A stretch of 64,000 bases of DNA, from positions 2,392 to 66,391 of the forward strand of contig CAYVLZ010000002.1 of assembly GCA_964452525.1 (NCBI GenBank), in the 5' to 3' direction. The position numbers were made by a program, and so were the translations under genes. The DNA is from Candidatus Woesearchaeota archaeon (GTDB lineage: Archaea > Nanobdellota > Nanobdellia > SCGC-AAA011-G17 > CAYFGV01). Positions 61,329-64,000 of the stretch are shown here, one piece after another (the stretch's first letter is position 1; each line of letters opens with the position of its first letter). Below the pieces are notes generated by a model. That model did no database searches. It saw only the letters and a program-made list of their open reading frames with translations, and was not told the DNA's origin.

Positions 61329-63926
61329 ATGGAAGATTTTGTATCAAAAAAGATAGACTCAATCATTTTCGGAGTTTTATCCCCAAAGATGATTAAGAAA
61401 ATGGCTTCTGCAAAAATAGTAACTTACGAACTATATGATAAAGAAGGCTATCCTGTAGACGGAGGCTTAATGGACGTAAGATTGGGAGTCATAGATCCAG
61501 GACTAAGATGTAAAACATGTGGCGGAAAACTAAAGAAATGCATAGGCCACTTTGGTTACATAGAATTAGCACGTCCTGTTGTTCATGTTAAATACGTAAA
61601 AGTAGTCCAAGATTTCTTAAGAAGCACCTGTAAAGAATGCGGAAGAGTTTTAGCAACAGATGAAAAAGTATCAGAATATTTAAAAGCCCTAGAGAAGATA
61701 GAAAAGCAATTCGGAGCAGAAGCAAAAAGAAAGAAAGTAAGAGAATTCATTAACCAGCTTAAGACAATTAAAAAATGTCCACATTGCAAATCTAAACAAG
61801 GGAACATAAAGATCGAAAAACCAACAACAATTCTAGAAGATGATAGAAGGATTAATCCTATAGAAATAAGAACAAGGCTTGAGAAGATAAGCGATTCAGA
61901 CGTAATGATCCTTGGCTTAAATCCAGAGTACGCGAGACCCGAATGGATGGTTATAACTCTATTAGCCATTCCTCCAGTAACAATGCGCCCAAGTATAACT
62001 CTAGATACAGGAGAAAGAAGTGAAGACGATTTAACGCATAAACTTGGAGACATAGTAAGAATAAACCAAAGATTATTTGAAAATATAAATGCCGGAGCAC
62101 CAGAAGTAATTATAGAAGACTTATGGGATCTACTTCATTACCATGTTACAACATTTTTTGACAACAACATGGCCTCAGTACCCCCAAGTCGACATAGAAG
62201 CGGGCAACCATTAAAAACATTAACAGAAAGAATAAAAAGTAAAGAAGGACGTTTCAGATACAACTTAGCTGGAAAAAGAGTTAACTACAGTGGAAGAACT
62301 GTAATAAGTCCGGATTCTAAAATTAAATTCAATGAAGTGGGTGTTCCAGAGGTAGTAGCAATGGAACTTACAATTCCAGAAGTAGTCACAGAATGGAACA
62401 TCGATTGGCTAAAAGATTTTATTAAAAGAGGACCAAAAAAGTATCCAGGTGCTAATTATGTAGTAAGACCGGATGGAAAAAAGAAATCCATAACAGACGA
62501 AACAAGAGAGCAATTACTAGAAGAATTACAACCCGGTTATATCGTTGAAAGACATCTTATGGAAGGTGACATATCAATCTTCAATAGACAACCAAGCCTG
62601 CACAGGATGAGCGTAATGTGCCATAGAATAAAAGTTCTTCCAGGAAAAAGCTTTAGATTAAATCCAGCTACATGTACTCCATATAACGCAGATTTTGACG
62701 GAGATGAAATGAATTTACACATTCCTCAGACAGAAGAAGCAAGAGCTGAAGCAGAACTATTAATGGGGGTAGAAAGTCATATCATAAGTCCTAAAAATGG
62801 TTCAAATATAATTGGCTGTATTCATGATTCTATAGCAGGAAATTATCTTTTAACTAAAGAATTAAGCTTCCCCAAAGAAGATGCCATTGAAATTCTTACA
62901 TCTATTGGTGTTGAAGATAATTCTAAATTTAAAAAATTCGATAAAACTGTATCAGGTAAACAAATTTTTAGTGCATTACTTCCAGAAAACTTAGACTTCA
63001 TTGGTTATAGCAGAATCTATAAAGAAGACCACAACCATCCAGAAGCTGTTGTTAAGATAATTAAAGGAGAATTGATAAAAGGAGTTATAGACAAAGCCAC
63101 AATAGGGGAGGAAGATGGAACTTTAATAAGAACCATATATGCAAACTACAACCAAAGAGAAGCTATAGATATCTTGAGTAAGATGTTTAGATTAGGTATA
63201 GAAGTTCTATTAAGAATCGGTTTCACTACTGGAATTAGCGATACAGATCTTCCTAATAAAGTAAAAGAACAATACGACATAATATTACAAGAAGCAAGAG
63301 CTAAAGTAGATAAATTAATTAAGAAATACCATGATAAGAGATTAGAAGCCCTTCCTTCTTTATCTATTGAAGAAACTTTAGAAATAAAAATACTAGAGGT
63401 ATTAAGTAAGGTTAGAAATAAAATCGGAGAGGTAATTGCAAAAATATCAAAGGAAGATAACCCAACAATAATTATGGCAAAATCTGGCTCGCAAGGTAGT
63501 ACATTAAACCTAGCACAAATGGCTGCTTGCGTCGGACAGCAATCTCTAACAGGAAAGAGGATAGAGACCGGTTATAAAAACAGAACATTATCTATATTCA
63601 AGAAGAAAAGTCTTGGACCCGAACAAAAAGGTTTCATTAAAAACGGATTTAAAAGTGGATTAAATCCTTTTGAATATTTCTATGGTGCAATAACTGGTAG
63701 AGATTCTCTTATGGATACTGCATTGAGAACACCAAAATCCGGTTATTTATACAGAAGGTTAGCAAACGCATTACAAGATATAAGGATAGAGTATGACAAC
63801 ACTGTAAGGGATGCAACAAGAACAATAGTTCAATTTAAATATGGAGAAGATGGTATAGACGTCTCAAAAAGTGAAGGTGGAACTATAAACGTTAAAAAGT
63901 TCGTAGACTTAGTTAAAGAAAAATGA
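61329..63926 (+). CDS. rpoA1: DNA-directed RNA polymerase subunit A'
   Basis: Zn motifs CKTCGG..C.GHFGYIEL. NRQPSLHRMSVMCHRIKVLPG. Catalytic NADFDGDEMNLH. Confidence 0.95.
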   Translation: MEDFVSKKIDSIIFGVLSPKMIKKMASAKIVTYELYDKEGYPVDGGLMDVRLGVIDPGLRCKTCGGKLKKCIGHFGYIELARPVVHVKYVKVVQDFLRSTCKECGRVLATDEKVSEYLKALEKIEKQFGAEAKRKKVREFINQLKTIKKCPHCKSKQGNIKIEKPTTILEDDRRINPIEIRTRLEKISDSDVMILGLNPEYARPEWMVITLLAIPPVTMRPSITLDTGERSEDDLTHKLGDIVRINQRLFENINAGAPEVIIEDLWDLLHYHVTTFFDNNMASVPPSRHRSGQPLKTLTERIKSKEGRFRYNLAGKRVNYSGRTVISPDSKIKFNEVGVPEVVAMELTIPEVVTEWNIDWLKDFIKRGPKKYPGANYVVRPDGKKKSITDETREQLLEELQPGYIVERHLMEGDISIFNRQPSLHRMSVMCHRIKVLPGKSFRLNPATCTPYNADFDGDEMNLHIPQTEEARAEAELLMGVESHIISPKNGSNIIGCIHDSIAGNYLLTKELSFPKEDAIEILTSIGVEDNSKFKKFDKTVSGKQIFSALLPENLDFIGYSRIYKEDHNHPEAVVKIIKGELIKGVIDKATIGEEDGTLIRTIYANYNQREAIDILSKMFRLGIEVLLRIGFTTGISDTDLPNKVKEQYDIILQEARAKVDKLIKKYHDKRLEALPSLSIEETLEIKILEVLSKVRNKIGEVIAKISKEDNPTIIMAKSGSQGSTLNLAQMAACVGQQSLTGKRIETGYKNRTLSIFKKKSLGPEQKGFIKNGFKSGLNPFEYFYGAITGRDSLMDTALRTPKSGYLYRRLANALQDIRIEYDNTVRDATRTIVQFKYGEDGIDVSKSEGGTINVKKFVDLVKEK

Positions 63927-64000
63927 AAATATTCGATAAATACAAAAACACATTGCCTGTAAAAATACTTAAAAAAGTAGAAGAAGAGTGCAAGGCAAAT
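63923..64000 (+). CDS. rpoA2: DNA-directed RNA polymerase subunit A'' (3' end cut by window edge)
   Basis: The ATG overlaps the rpoA1 stop (ATGA at 63923..63926). MKIFDKYKNTLPVKILKKVEEECKAN continues to the window end. Its operon position is conserved. Confidence 0.7.
   Translation, partial: MKIFDKYKNTLPVKILKKVEEECKAN

Noticed and set aside
61583-62053. 156-aa minus-strand ORF inside rpoA'
   Set aside because: It is antisense to a highly conserved RNAP gene and has no independent signals.
1-64000. Search for CRISPR arrays, rRNA genes, RNase P RNA/SRP RNA, and cas or known defence-system genes
   Set aside because: None was recognisable by eye. The only long exact repeat is the 249-bp FN3 module, and the only short significant repeat is the 13-bp att pair.

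Overview
This is an AT-rich segment of archaeal chromosome. Spot counts on single 60-nt lines give about 28-35 % GC. The gene content points to a small-genome DPANN-like archaeon, which is an inference because no database search was possible.

Housekeeping blocks:
- rpoH-rpoB''-rpoB'-rpoA'-rpoA'' operon with a split B subunit.
- The archaeal exosome/proteasome superoperon: Pop5, psmA, SBDS, rrp4, rrp41, rrp42, rpoK.
- RNase P Rpp30, ribosomal protein uS2, enolase, UMP kinase, UPP synthase, diphthine synthase, RNase J, Mre11-Rad50, CorA.

Accessory islands between these blocks are dominated by large secreted or membrane-anchored proteins:
- Four glycoside-hydrolase-like proteins and one small protein share an FN3-like plus single-EF-hand dockerin-like cassette.
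- Three neighbouring genes share an uncharacterised ~115-aa module.
- Other members are an M64-like metalloprotease, a 1388-aa discoidin/propeller/cysteine-peptidase-like giant, a protein ending in a bacterial T9SS-type sorting domain, a pilin-LamG fusion, and Cys-rich MopE-motif proteins.

Mobile DNA:
- A ~4.1-kb integrase-bearing element sits in the 3' end of tRNA-Gly, bounded by a 13-bp direct repeat.
- One IS4/IS5-type insertion sequence.

Five tRNAs are present. Three of them (Tyr, Asp, Lys) each appear to carry two introns, including introns at non-canonical positions.

Most transcription units have a TTTATA(T/A)A box whose first T lies 29-33 nt upstream of the start codon, implying leaderless mRNAs. 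A minority of genes carry a strong GGAGGTG Shine-Dalgarno sequence.

All family assignments come from motif recognition by eye, without HMM or BLAST support.
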